From an uncultured Trueperaceae bacterium (GTDB lineage Bacteria; Deinococcota; Deinococci; Deinococcales; Trueperaceae): a stretch of DNA of 64,000 nucleotides. The position numbers were made by a program, and so were the translations under genes. Below are positions 52,710 through 62,384 of the stretch, one piece after another. Location: assembly GCA_963815215.1 (NCBI GenBank), contig CAWFFU010000003.1, positions 32,001 through 96,000 on the forward strand. Reading direction: 5' to 3'. The notes under the pieces were generated by a model. It saw nothing but the letters and a program-made list of their open reading frames with translations, was not told where the DNA came from and made no database searches. Within the stretch, counting starts at the first letter, position 1; each line of letters starts with the position of its first letter.

Positions 52710-53356
52710 CCGCCACGGGGCGCGCTCGCCGCCGCCCCGCCGAGGTGCCTTCCTGGTCGCTGGAGGCGGAGCTGTGGCAGCGCGGCTACTCGCCCGTGGC
52801 CGGCGTCGATGAGGCGGGCCGGGGGGCGCTGGCCGGGCCGGTGGTCGCCGCCGCCGTGGTGTTGCCGCCCGGCGAGCATCCGTTCCGGGACTCCAAGGTG
52901 CTGACGCCACGTCGTCGCGAGGAGCTCGCTCAGCGCGTGCGTGACTGCGCGTTGGCCTGGTGCGTGGGCGAGGCCAGCCCGGCCGAGATCGATCGCCTCA
53001 ACATCCTGCAGGCCACCCGCCTGGCGGCTCGACGCGCGGTCGCCGGGCTGCCGTCCGGCGTGACGCCGGGCGCGCTGGTCACCGACTACCTGCGGTTGGG
53101 TGCGGGGCTGGCAGAGCTGGCCGTGCCTCGTGCCGACGGCCGCAGTTTGCAGGTCGCGGCCGCCAGCATCCTCGCCAAGACGGTGCGCGACGACAGGATG
53201 CGGGAGCTCGCGGAGCGCTTCCCCGGCTACGGCTTCGAGGCGCACAAGGGGTACGGCTCGGCCCGGCATCTGGCGGCCTTGACGCGCCTCGGCCCCTGCC
53301 CCGAGCATCGCCGCACGTTCGCCCCTGTGGCACAGGCCCGGCTCTTCGCACCGTAG
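52706..53356 (+). CDS. rnhB: Ribonuclease HII
   Basis: GVDEAGRG, DSK, AASILAK, HKGYG, HRRTF. Confidence 0.95.
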   Translation: MTATGRARRRPAEVPSWSLEAELWQRGYSPVAGVDEAGRGALAGPVVAAAVVLPPGEHPFRDSKVLTPRRREELAQRVRDCALAWCVGEASPAEIDRLNILQATRLAARRAVAGLPSGVTPGALVTDYLRLGAGLAELAVPRADGRSLQVAAASILAKTVRDDRMRELAERFPGYGFEAHKGYGSARHLAALTRLGPCPEHRRTFAPVAQARLFAP

Positions 53357-53472
53357 AATGGAGCGTCCCCTTCGGTGGGGGCGCCCCTCGTGCGGCGCTC
53401 CCGTGGCCGCGTCCGGTGCAGCTCGTCGCGGCGGAACTGGCTGAACCGGCGGGGTGCTAGGGAGCGACGACC

Positions 53473-54267
53473 ATGCCCGAGTGCATCGGTGTGAAGTTCG
53501 ACAACGGTCCGAAGATCCACTACATGGAGGCGCCCCCGACCCCGCCTCAGGTGGGCACGCGCTGCGTGGTGAGCACCCGTCGCGGGCTGGAGCTCGGGCG
53601 CGTGCGCACCGAGCCGCGCGACGTCTCGAAGGCGCACGGCCACTACGTGCGCGATGCGCTTCAGGACGACCTGCAACGCTACGAGGAGCTACAGCGGCGT
53701 GCCGATGACCTGAAGTGGCTGCTGCGGGCGCGGGCCCGTCAGAGTGGCGCAGACGTCAAGATCGTGGCCGCGGAGTTCACCATCGACGAGGAGATGATGG
53801 TGGTGAGCTACTCGTCGGAGGACCACCCGCCGCTGCGCGTGCTGGCGCAGGAACTGATCCAGCACACCACGGCGCGTATCGAGTTCAACAACGTCGGCCC
53901 TCGCGACCAGGCCCGCATGCTCGGAACGCTCGGCGCCTGCGGCGACGCCTCGTGCAGCTCGACCTGGCTGCAGAGCTTCAGCGCCGTCAGCATCCGCATG
54001 GCTCGAGACCAGCAGCTCCCGCTGAACCCCGAGAAGATCAGCGGCCCCTGCGGGCGCCTGATGTGCTGCCTGCAGTACGAGCACGACATGTATCGGGAGC
54101 TCCTCAAGGGCATGCCGAAGAAGGGTGGACGGGCCTGCCACGACGCGAGCGGCACCTGCGGCCGGGTCGTCAAGCTCAACCCGCTCAAGGGCACCGTCGA
54201 TCTTCGCACCGAGGAGGGCGTGGTCGAGGAGTATCCCGCCTCCGAGGTGAGCCGAACGCGCGCCTAG
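53473..54267 (+). CDS. ricT: PSP1-domain protein RicT/YaaT
   Basis: RIE...GPRDQA, GACG, KISGPCGRLMCCLQYE. Confidence 0.88.
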   Translation: MPECIGVKFDNGPKIHYMEAPPTPPQVGTRCVVSTRRGLELGRVRTEPRDVSKAHGHYVRDALQDDLQRYEELQRRADDLKWLLRARARQSGADVKIVAAEFTIDEEMMVVSYSSEDHPPLRVLAQELIQHTTARIEFNNVGPRDQARMLGTLGACGDASCSSTWLQSFSAVSIRMARDQQLPLNPEKISGPCGRLMCCLQYEHDMYRELLKGMPKKGGRACHDASGTCGRVVKLNPLKGTVDLRTEEGVVEEYPASEVSRTRA

Positions 54268-54277
54268 CGAGCCTGCG

Positions 54278-55201
54278 TCAGGGGCGCATGGCGGCACGCA
54301 GGTCGAGCGCCAGCGCAGCGAGCGCCAGTGGCTGACTGGCGTACGCCTCGAGGGCACGTTCGCAGGCCTCGATGGCGTCCAGCGATGCGGCGTACGCGGG
54401 CGCGGGCTGCCCCCGTAGCGCCTCGCGCAGCAGCGCCATCGGCGCCACCGATTCGCTACGGTCCAAACGCCCTGCCAGCGCTTCGGCGGCGTCGAGCGTC
54501 TCCCGCAGTTCCCCGTCGAGCGCCGCGACGAGCCGGTCGACGGCCTCCTGCAGCGCCCGGTACTCGGCCGCGTCCTCGCGGGCCTGCAGCAGCGGACCTG
54601 GCAGGCCCAGTCGGAACGCCGGGTGCCGCTCCAGGCCTTCGAACGAGGTGACGTCGACTGCTCCCAGCCGCAGCGTGGCGCAGCGCGAGGCGACGGTGGG
54701 GAGCAGGGCGTCGGGCCCGGTGGCGATCAGCACGATCACGGCCCACGGCGGCGGCTCCTCCAGCATCTTCAAGAAGGCGTTGGCGGCGCTGGCGTTGAGG
54801 GCCTCGGCGTGGTCGATGATCGCCACGCGGCGGACGTAGCGGGGGCGGCGCTCCAGCCACGGGCCCAGTGGGTCGGGGTCGGCCTTGGGCCTCGCCACGA
54901 GCTGATCGATGGTGATCTCGAGCTGGCGTCGCTGACGGCCGCTGCGTGTCGTCAGCGAGGGTGCCACTACGCGCACGTCCGGGTGGTCGCCGGTCTCCAG
55001 CGCGCGGCAACTGGAGCACGTGCCGCACGGACGTGCCGCGCTGTCGGGCGCCTGGCAGTCGAGCAAGGCCGCCAGCCACAGGGCAACCGGACGCCGCCCC
55101 ACCCCGTCGGGACCGGCCAGCAGCAGCGTGTGCGGACCGCCGCTGCGATAGAGGCTCCGCAGTGCCTCGCGGGCCGAGCCGTGGCCGAGGATCTCCGCCA
55201 C
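54278..55201 (-). CDS. holB: DNA polymerase III delta' subunit
   Basis: PCGTCSSC, HPD, AANAFLKMLEEPP, LPTVASRC. Confidence 0.9.
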   Translation of the reverse strand: MAEILGHGSAREALRSLYRSGGPHTLLLAGPDGVGRRPVALWLAALLDCQAPDSAARPCGTCSSCRALETGDHPDVRVVAPSLTTRSGRQRRQLEITIDQLVARPKADPDPLGPWLERRPRYVRRVAIIDHAEALNASAANAFLKMLEEPPPWAVIVLIATGPDALLPTVASRCATLRLGAVDVTSFEGLERHPAFRLGLPGPLLQAREDAAEYRALQEAVDRLVAALDGELRETLDAAEALAGRLDRSESVAPMALLREALRGQPAPAYAASLDAIEACERALEAYASQPLALAALALDLRAAMRP

Positions 55202-55206
55202 GGCGC

Positions 55207-55965
55207 TCAGCGGCCCACCGCCAGGCGCGCCGCCAGCACCTCGGGATAGCCGGCCGACCGCACCGACTGCTGCACGACGACGACGTCGAACTCGACGCGG
55301 AAGAGCTCGAGGGTGCCCGCCACGTCGTCGAAAAGGGCGTAGGCGGCGAGCGGGATGCCGTCGCGCGGCTGCCCCACCGAGCCCGGGTTGATGAACAGGC
55401 GCGCGCGTGGGGGGATGCGGTAGAGCGCGCGCTCCTGCCGGAACTGGACCGTGCGCCAGATCGGGCCGCCTTCGGTCTCGACCGCAGCGAAGATCTTGGG
55501 AACGTGGGTGTGGCCCACCAGGCAGAGCTGCTGGTCGAGCAGCGGCAGGTTGGCCTGGGCGTTCTGGACCGTGGCGAGGTACTCCCACGGGCTGCGGAGC
55601 GCGCCGTGGGCCGCCTCCCAGCCGTCCTCGACGACATGATCCCGGAGATCCCGGAGGAACTGCAGGCTGTCGGCGGAGAGCTCCGGGAGCTGCCGCGCCA
55701 GCACCTCCGTGACCACGCTGTCCTCGCGGTGCCCGGCGGCCTGGCCGTCGGCCAGGGCGAGGAGCGCCGCGTCATGGTTGCCGAGGATCAGGACCTTGGG
55801 ATCGAGCGAGCGCAGCAGCGACACGACCTTCTCGGCGTCGGGATAGTAGCCCACGGCATCACCGAGGAACAGCACGTCGTCGTAGCCGCGATGGTCCGCG
55901 TGGCGCAACACCGCCTCGAGCGCTGGAGCGTTGGCGTGCACGTCGCTCAAGACCAGGTACCGCAT
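55207..55965 (-). CDS. Metallophosphoesterase
   Basis: SDVHAN, LGDAVGY, GNHD, GHTH, NPGSVGQPRD. Confidence 0.92.
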   Translation of the reverse strand: MRYLVLSDVHANAPALEAVLRHADHRGYDDVLFLGDAVGYYPDAEKVVSLLRSLDPKVLILGNHDAALLALADGQAAGHREDSVVTEVLARQLPELSADSLQFLRDLRDHVVEDGWEAAHGALRSPWEYLATVQNAQANLPLLDQQLCLVGHTHVPKIFAAVETEGGPIWRTVQFRQERALYRIPPRARLFINPGSVGQPRDGIPLAAYALFDDVAGTLELFRVEFDVVVVQQSVRSAGYPEVLAARLAVGR

Positions 55966-56040
55966 GTGCGGCGAGGATACCATCCCCGCCCTTCGTTCAG
56001 GCCCGTGAGGGCGGGGAAGGCTCGGAGCTATACTGGGCTG

Positions 56041-56145
56041 ATGCACGGCCCGTCCCAGCGCCGCGGGCGTCCCGCTGAGCGACGTCGTTCCTGGTGGCCT
56101 CTTCGTGACCGCGGGTGCCCGCACACGTGGGTGCGATGGGTGTAG
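56041..56145 (+). CDS. Putative leaderless 34-aa uORF (Arg/Trp-rich)
   Basis: TATACT-N6-ATG; stop lies 2 nt before the likely PEGA start. Confidence 0.35.
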   Translation: MHGPSQRRGRPAERRRSWWPLRDRGCPHTWVRWV

Positions 56146-56147
56146 CG

Positions 56148-57248
56148 GTGCGGCGGGCGATGGCGTTGCTGGCGTTGCTGTCGTTGCTGTCGTCGGCCGC
56201 CGCGCAGATCTCGGTGCCGACCTTCGGTACCCGCGGGGGCGTGCCCGCGCAGGTGCTCAACGACTTCATGCCCGCCCTTCGGGCCGCGATCGGACAGGCA
56301 ACCGGCCTGAGCGTGAGCACCGGCGACCTCATCACCCCGGGCATCGCCGGCAGCCTCGAGCCGGAGTTCGCGATGCTCATCGCGGACCTCGACAACGCGC
56401 GCTACGCCGTTTCCGGCGAGATCGCGCGGAGCCAGGTGCAGGGCGGCGAGCCGTACACGGTCAACCTCATCGTGGTGGACGCCAAACGCAAACGCAACAC
56501 CGACCTCATCAGCCGACCGCTGCAATCGGGTGCCGTCGAGGACACCGTCAAGGCGCTCGCCGCTGCCGTCGCCAGCTTCACCGGCGCGGCCGTGAGCCTA
56601 CCGAGCGGCAGTGCCGGGCTCTTCATCTCCAGCGAGCCGGGGGACGCCGACGTGGTCCTCGACGGGGTGGCGGTGGGGCGCACCTCGAATCTCGACGTGC
56701 TGATGCTCAAGCCCGGCCGCTACGACCTGGAGGTCCGCAAGGAGGGCTTCCTCCCCGAGACGCGCTCGGTCGAGCTCCGCGCCGACGACACCAGCTTCGT
56801 GCATGTCATCCTCACGGCCATCTCGGGGGGCAGCATCCAGCTCTCGGCCGACCCGGGGGCTCGGGTCTTCCTCGACGGCGTGCGCGAGGGGATCACGCCC
56901 CTGACGTTGCCCGCCCTGCCCGGCAGCCACACCGTGCGGCTCGAGCGTTCGGGATTCATCACCGAGAGCTTCGCCGTCCTGGTGAGGAACTACCGCGTGA
57001 CGCGGGTGGTGGTCACGCTCAAGCCGGTGAGCGACCCGCTGCTGTTCTGGTCCGAGACCCGTTCGCAGCAGATATCGATCGACGGCGTCGTCCAGAACGG
57101 CGGCTTCGCCGTACGGCTCGAACCCGGTCTGCACACTTTCGAGCTACGGGGTCCGAACGGCACCACCAAGGTGCTGCGTGCAGTTCCCGACCACGGCGTG
57201 TTCCGTCTCGACCTCGAGAGCGGTGCGTTGATCCCCGTTCCCCGCTGA
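56148..57248 (+). CDS. Secreted PEGA-domain protein
   Basis: Signal peptide; SEPGDADVVLDG...PGRYDLEVRKEGF and second repeat GARVFLDG..GITPL. Confidence 0.87.
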   Translation: MRRAMALLALLSLLSSAAAQISVPTFGTRGGVPAQVLNDFMPALRAAIGQATGLSVSTGDLITPGIAGSLEPEFAMLIADLDNARYAVSGEIARSQVQGGEPYTVNLIVVDAKRKRNTDLISRPLQSGAVEDTVKALAAAVASFTGAAVSLPSGSAGLFISSEPGDADVVLDGVAVGRTSNLDVLMLKPGRYDLEVRKEGFLPETRSVELRADDTSFVHVILTAISGGSIQLSADPGARVFLDGVREGITPLTLPALPGSHTVRLERSGFITESFAVLVRNYRVTRVVVTLKPVSDPLLFWSETRSQQISIDGVVQNGGFAVRLEPGLHTFELRGPNGTTKVLRAVPDHGVFRLDLESGALIPVPR

Positions 57249-57275
57249 CGCCCGCCAGACCCTGCGATCGGCCGG

Positions 57276-58265
57276 CTACGGGGTCGATGGCCCGCCCGGC
57301 AGGGTCACTGGAAGCACGTAGGACAGGGCCAGTACCGCCGAGGTGCCGGCCGGCCCGGAGGCGGCGGCGACCCGCACGCTGGCGCTCCCCGAGCCCACCT
57401 CGAACGACAGGTCGAGGTGCGCCCGATAGGGGGGCACGTCGCGCCGGTACGGCTCGGCGTCGAGGCCGACCAGCGCCTGCACGGGCCCGAGCGCTTGGGA
57501 GAGGGACACGGTGCCGCCGGGCGCCAGTCCGCTCTCGGCATAGCCCAGGTAGAGTGCGCCGTCCAGGTCAGGCGCGCGCCGTCGGTGGTAGGTGAAGCCC
57601 ACCCCGATGGCGGCGTCGCCGCCCGCCACGGCGGGCGGCAGGTAGCCCTCGAGCCGCAGCGACAGCTCGTGCGGCCCGATGGCGCGCAGCCAGCGAAGGC
57701 GGGCGTTGGCGCGCCAGCTCGCGCCGCTCGGCAGCAGGTAGAGCTGCGGGCTCGCTTGCACGATCAACGCGCGGGCGGGCCGGCCGCTGGCGTCGAGCTC
57801 CACCCCCCAACCTCCGGCGGCGAACAGGGGGCGCGTCGCTCCGGCCAGCGCCAGCGGATCGAAGCGTTCGGGCGCGGCGGTGAAGCCGGACAGTCGGACG
57901 CCCAAGGCCACCGGGCCGAGCACCCCGCGAACGCCGAGCGCGCCCTGGGCCTGCCCGTCGGTGCGCACGGCCAGCGCCGCCTCCCCGATGACGTTGCCCA
58001 GCGGCCCGAAGGTGTCGTTCGCCTGCATACCCAGGTCGAGCTGCACGGCGTCGTCGTAGGCGAGGCCGAGCGTCACCCGGGTGGTCCCGACACGCGCGTT
58101 CTCCAGCCGCAACGAGCCCCCGAAGCCGCCGACTCCGGCCGACGGGGGCGGGCCCGCCGCCACGCCGAAGCGGAGCGTCTGGGCGTGAGCCGAGGTCACC
58201 AGGGTGAGGGCGCTCAGCAGAGCGAGGAGCGCAAGGCGGGCGGTGCGTGGATGCGCGCGTGCCAT
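57276..58265 (-). CDS. Exported hypothetical protein, possible outer-membrane beta-barrel
   Basis: Signal peptide ending AHA; alternating amphipathic beta-strand pattern. Confidence 0.65.
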   Translation of the reverse strand: MARAHPRTARLALLALLSALTLVTSAHAQTLRFGVAAGPPPSAGVGGFGGSLRLENARVGTTRVTLGLAYDDAVQLDLGMQANDTFGPLGNVIGEAALAVRTDGQAQGALGVRGVLGPVALGVRLSGFTAAPERFDPLALAGATRPLFAAGGWGVELDASGRPARALIVQASPQLYLLPSGASWRANARLRWLRAIGPHELSLRLEGYLPPAVAGGDAAIGVGFTYHRRRAPDLDGALYLGYAESGLAPGGTVSLSQALGPVQALVGLDAEPYRRDVPPYRAHLDLSFEVGSGSASVRVAAASGPAGTSAVLALSYVLPVTLPGGPSTP

Positions 58266-58394
58266 GAGCCCAGTGTGCCCCGCCGGGACCGGCTCGGGCC
58301 AGTCTCCGGCGGCATGGTGAGCTTCCGTTCCCGGGGTGCGCCGAAGCGAGTGCTAGACTGTTCGGCGGTTCCAAGCCCAGGAATCCCCCTACCT

Positions 58395-60947
58395 ATGAAC
58401 ATACTCGGACACGTCACCGTACTTCCCCGCATCCCCGAGCCCATCCGGCGCCTCGACGACCTGGCCCACAACCTGTACTGGACGTGGGAGCCCGGCGCGC
58501 GCCGGCTGTTCCGGCAGCTCGATCGTGAGCTGTGGGAGGCCTCGGACCACAACCCCATCGCGCTCATCCGCGACATCCGCCAGGAGCGCCTCGACGGAGC
58601 GGCCGACGATCCCGAGTACCTCGAGGCCTACGCCCGGGTGGTCGAGCGCTTCGACGCCTACCTGTCGGCGCCCAGCTGGTTCCAGCACCATGTCGGGCGA
58701 CCGGACGACCTCTACGCATACTTCTGTGCGGAGTACGGCTGGCACGAAGCGGTGGCGCTGTACTCGGGCGGCCTGGGCGTGCTGGCCGGCGACCACACCA
58801 AGGCCGCATCCGATCTCGGCGTGCCGCTGGTGGCGGTCGGGCTGTTCTACCCCGAGGGATACTTCCATCAGCGGGTGGCGAGCGACGGCCGGCAGGAAGC
58901 GGTGTACGTACGCCACAGCCCCGCGGACCTGCCGCTGGCGCTGGCGGTGGGCGAGGACGGGGAGCCCGTCACAGCACGCGTCGACGTCTTCGGCCGCTCC
59001 GTCGAGCTGCGGGCCTGGACGGCCCGCGCCGGGCGGGGCCGCGTCTTCCTGCTCGACGTCGATTTCGGGAACAACCACCCCGACGACCGTCAGCTTCTGA
59101 GGCGCCTGTACGGCGGCGACCAGCGTACCCGCGTAGCGCAGGAGATCATCCTCGGCATCGGCGGGGTCCGCATGCTGCGGGCACTCGGGGTGGCGCCCAG
59201 CGCCTGGCACATGAACGAGGGGCACAGCGCGTTCATGGTGCTGGAGCGCTGCCGCGAGCTGGTGACCGAGGGGCTCACGTTCGCGCAGGCCCGGGAAGCG
59301 GTGACCGCCAACACCCTCTTCACGGTGCACACGCCGGTCGCGGCCGGCAACGACGCCTTCCCGTTCGATCTCGTGAACCAGGCCTTCACCGGCTTCTGGG
59401 GGAGCCTCGGGCTCAAGCCTCAGGAGTTCCACGAGCTCGGCACGGCCGATCACGGCTGGGGAGCGGTGTTCAGCATGCCGGCGCTGGCGTTGCGCTTCTC
59501 CTCGGGCCGCAACGGCGTGGCGCGGCTCCACGGTGAGACGAGCCGGCGCATCTGGAGCGACCTGTGGCCCGGCGTGCCGGCCGACGAGATCCCCATCGGG
59601 CACGTCACCAACGGCGTGCACCTGTCGAGCTGGATGGCGCCGGAGGTGCAGGAGCTGCTGGGGACGGTGCTGCCCGACGACTGGCCCGAGCGCTTCGACG
59701 ACCTTGCCATGTGGGACGGTGTGCGCGAGCTAGACGATGGCGCGCTTTGGAGCGTCCGCCAGGCGCTGAAGGCGCAGAGCGTGCGCTTCCTGCGCCGCCG
59801 CGTGCTGCGGCAGCTCGACCGTCAGGAGGCGAGCCCGACGGCGCTGAAGGACACCGGCCAGCTCTTCGACCCGGATGCGCTCACCATCGGCTTCGCCCGC
59901 AGGTTCGCCACCTACAAGCGCGCGACGTTGATCTTCCGCGATCTGGACCGGCTCGAGCGCATCCTCGGCGATCCCGATCGGCCCGTCCAGCTGGTGTTCT
60001 CCGGCAAGGCGCATCCGGCGGACGAAGCGGGACAGGCGCTCATCGCGCACATCCACAACCTCTCGAAGGAGCCTCGTTTCGCAGGTCGCATCCTCTTCGT
60101 GGAGGACTACGACATGGCCGTGGGACGCGCGCTCACCCGCGGGGTGGACGTCTGGCTCAACAACCCGCGCAGGCCGTTGGAGGCCTCGGGCACGAGCGGC
60201 CAGAAGGCGGCCATGAACGGGATCTTGAACCTCTCCATCCTCGACGGCTGGTGGCCCGAGGGCTACGACGGCGCCAACGGCTGGGCCATCGGGGGAGCGC
60301 GCTCGCTGGACGACGACGAGCGTGCTGACGCCGAGGATGCCGACGCTCTGTACGCCATCCTCGAACGGGAGCTGATCCCGCTGTACTACCGCCGGGACGG
60401 CGCCGGCGTTCCCCACGACTGGCTGGCGCGCGTCAAGGAGGCGATCGCCACCGTGGCGCCGCGCTTCAACGCGCAGCGCATGGTGAAGGACTACGTGTCG
60501 CGTTACTACGCGCCGGCCGCCCGTCGGGGCGAGGCGCTGTCTGCCGACGGCTACCGCGGTGCGCGTGACCTCGCAGCCTGGAAGCAGCGCGTGGCCCAGC
60601 AGTGGCCGGACGTCACGCTCAGCGCCGAGCCGGTCGAGGACCGACTCCACCGCATCGGCGGTGACCTCGAGGTGAGCGCGGTGCTCTCCGCGCGCGACCT
60701 GGCCGCCGACGAGATCCGGGTGGAGGTCGTCTACAGCGCCGAGGAGGACGCTCTGCAGCGCAACATCCAGGTCGTGGCCATGACCCCGGTCGAGGGAGAT
60801 GCCGACAGTCAGGCCGACGCTGGGACACTCTACCGGGTGCGCTTCCGGCCGGAGCTGAGCGGCCGGTTGGCGTACGGTGTGCGTGCCTACGCCTTCCACC
60901 CGCTACTGGCGTCGGCCGTCGACGCGCGGGCGGTGCGCTGGGCCTGA
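58395..60947 (+). CDS. glgP: Alpha-glucan (glycogen/maltodextrin) phosphorylase
   Basis: YSGGLGVLAGD, HMNEGH, FARRFATYKR, EASGTSGQKA. Confidence 0.95.
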   Translation: MNILGHVTVLPRIPEPIRRLDDLAHNLYWTWEPGARRLFRQLDRELWEASDHNPIALIRDIRQERLDGAADDPEYLEAYARVVERFDAYLSAPSWFQHHVGRPDDLYAYFCAEYGWHEAVALYSGGLGVLAGDHTKAASDLGVPLVAVGLFYPEGYFHQRVASDGRQEAVYVRHSPADLPLALAVGEDGEPVTARVDVFGRSVELRAWTARAGRGRVFLLDVDFGNNHPDDRQLLRRLYGGDQRTRVAQEIILGIGGVRMLRALGVAPSAWHMNEGHSAFMVLERCRELVTEGLTFAQAREAVTANTLFTVHTPVAAGNDAFPFDLVNQAFTGFWGSLGLKPQEFHELGTADHGWGAVFSMPALALRFSSGRNGVARLHGETSRRIWSDLWPGVPADEIPIGHVTNGVHLSSWMAPEVQELLGTVLPDDWPERFDDLAMWDGVRELDDGALWSVRQALKAQSVRFLRRRVLRQLDRQEASPTALKDTGQLFDPDALTIGFARRFATYKRATLIFRDLDRLERILGDPDRPVQLVFSGKAHPADEAGQALIAHIHNLSKEPRFAGRILFVEDYDMAVGRALTRGVDVWLNNPRRPLEASGTSGQKAAMNGILNLSILDGWWPEGYDGANGWAIGGARSLDDDERADAEDADALYAILERELIPLYYRRDGAGVPHDWLARVKEAIATVAPRFNAQRMVKDYVSRYYAPAARRGEALSADGYRGARDLAAWKQRVAQQWPDVTLSAEPVEDRLHRIGGDLEVSAVLSARDLAADEIRVEVVYSAEEDALQRNIQVVAMTPVEGDADSQADAGTLYRVRFRPELSGRLAYGVRAYAFHPLLASAVDARAVRWA

Positions 60948-61018
60948 GGGTTGCGCTGCCGCCGCGGCGGCGGGCATGGCCGCGCTCCCGTCGGCGTCGC
61001 GGCCGCGGACCGTCGCGG

Positions 61019-61711
61019 CTACAGCCCGGCGAGGTCGGTGATGAGCAGGAGCCGCTGAAGCGCGGTGATCGCCCGTGCCGGGAAGCGATCGAGATCCCCC
61101 GAGCCGTGCAGCGTCTCCTGCAGCGCTGCACGCTTGTCCTCGCCCCGGACCAGGAAGGCGACGACGCGACTGCGGCTGAGGGCGGCCGCGCCCATGCTGA
61201 GGCGAGTCTGGACCTGATCGCTCGGCCGCACGACCTGGGTCAGGGCGGGCTCGAGCGCCGCCCCGGTGCCCGGGAAGAGGCTGGCGGTGTGGCCGTCGGC
61301 CCCGAGCCCCAGAAGCGTCAGGTCGAACGTGGGTGCTTCGCCCAGCGCGCCCCGCAATGTGGCAGCGTAGGCGTGCGCCGAAGCCTCGGGGGTGTCCAGG
61401 TGGGGCCATGGCAGCACCTGCTCCTCCGGTATCGGCACCGCGTCGAGGAAGGCCCTGCGCGCGGCGCCGGCGTTGCTGGCTGGGTGCTCCTGAGGGACGA
61501 AGCGCTCGTCGCCCCACGCTACCCAGCTCGACGGCCAGGGCAGATCACTCCGTGAGGCCAGCGCTCGGTACATCGGCACCGGCGTTGACCCGCCGGAGAG
61601 CGCAACCACGAAGCGACCCCGGCTCTCGACCGCCGTTCGCATGGAGGCTACGAACAGGTCCAGCGCCGCGTCGGCGACGTCGTCCACGTGTAGAATCTCG
61701 GGATCGAACAT
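61019..61711 (-). CDS. pgl: 6-phosphogluconolactonase
   Basis: LSGGSTP, WGDER, SN, LGLGADGHTASLFP. Confidence 0.95.
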   Translation of the reverse strand: MFDPEILHVDDVADAALDLFVASMRTAVESRGRFVVALSGGSTPVPMYRALASRSDLPWPSSWVAWGDERFVPQEHPASNAGAARRAFLDAVPIPEEQVLPWPHLDTPEASAHAYAATLRGALGEAPTFDLTLLGLGADGHTASLFPGTGAALEPALTQVVRPSDQVQTRLSMGAAALSRSRVVAFLVRGEDKRAALQETLHGSGDLDRFPARAITALQRLLLITDLAGL

Positions 61712-61758
61712 GGCGCGAGTATACGGGGGCGCCACGGAGCGCTCGGTTAGACTGGCGC

Positions 61759-62352
61759 ATGACGCCGACACGTGACGATGCCCTCTCGTTGATGGAGTCC
61801 TGGACGGAGTCGGACAGTCTCCGCAAGCACATGCTGGCGGTGGAGGCGGCCGTGGCCGCCTACGCCCGAGCCGACGGCGAGGACGAGACCTTGTGGGCGG
61901 TGGCCGCCATCCTGCACGACTTCGACTACGAGCGCTACCCGAACCCCGATCGCGATCCATCGGGCCATCCCTGGGTGGGCGTGAGGACGCTCCAGGAGCT
62001 CGACTACCCCGAAGCTGTTACCGACGCGATCCTCGGCCATGCCGACTACACGGGCGTGCCGCGGACCTCCCGGCTCGCCAAGACCCTCTTCGCCTGTGAC
62101 GAGATCACCGGGCTCATCACAGCGGCCGTGCTGGTGCGGCCCGATCGGGACATCGCCAACCAGACGGTGAAGAGCCTCAAGAAGAAGTTCAAGGACAAGG
62201 CGTTCGCGCGCGGCGTGAACCGTGACGACGTGCGCCAGGGCGCCGAAGAGCTCGGCGTCGAGCTGTGGGACCACGTCGCGTTCGTGTTGGTCGCCATGCA
62301 GGAGCGGGCGGGAACGCTGGGTCTGGACGGGCGCCTGGCCGAGGCCGACTAG
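61759..62352 (+). CDS. HD-domain protein
   Basis: RKHMLAVE, LHDFDYE, DEITGLI, FARGVNR; TAGACT-N5-ATG. Confidence 0.87.
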   Translation: MTPTRDDALSLMESWTESDSLRKHMLAVEAAVAAYARADGEDETLWAVAAILHDFDYERYPNPDRDPSGHPWVGVRTLQELDYPEAVTDAILGHADYTGVPRTSRLAKTLFACDEITGLITAAVLVRPDRDIANQTVKSLKKKFKDKAFARGVNRDDVRQGAEELGVELWDHVAFVLVAMQERAGTLGLDGRLAEAD

Positions 62353-62384
62353 CGCCTGTCGACCCCTCGTGAGCGTTCCGGCCG

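Noticed and set aside
48966..52910. 1314-aa ORF in the track
   Set aside because: The N-terminal ~500 codons are the antisense shadow of the histidine kinase. The real vWA gene starts near 51413.
57417..60947. 1176-aa ORF as an extended phosphorylase
   Set aside because: The extension is antisense to the 57276-58265 gene. GlgP homology begins at ATG 58395.
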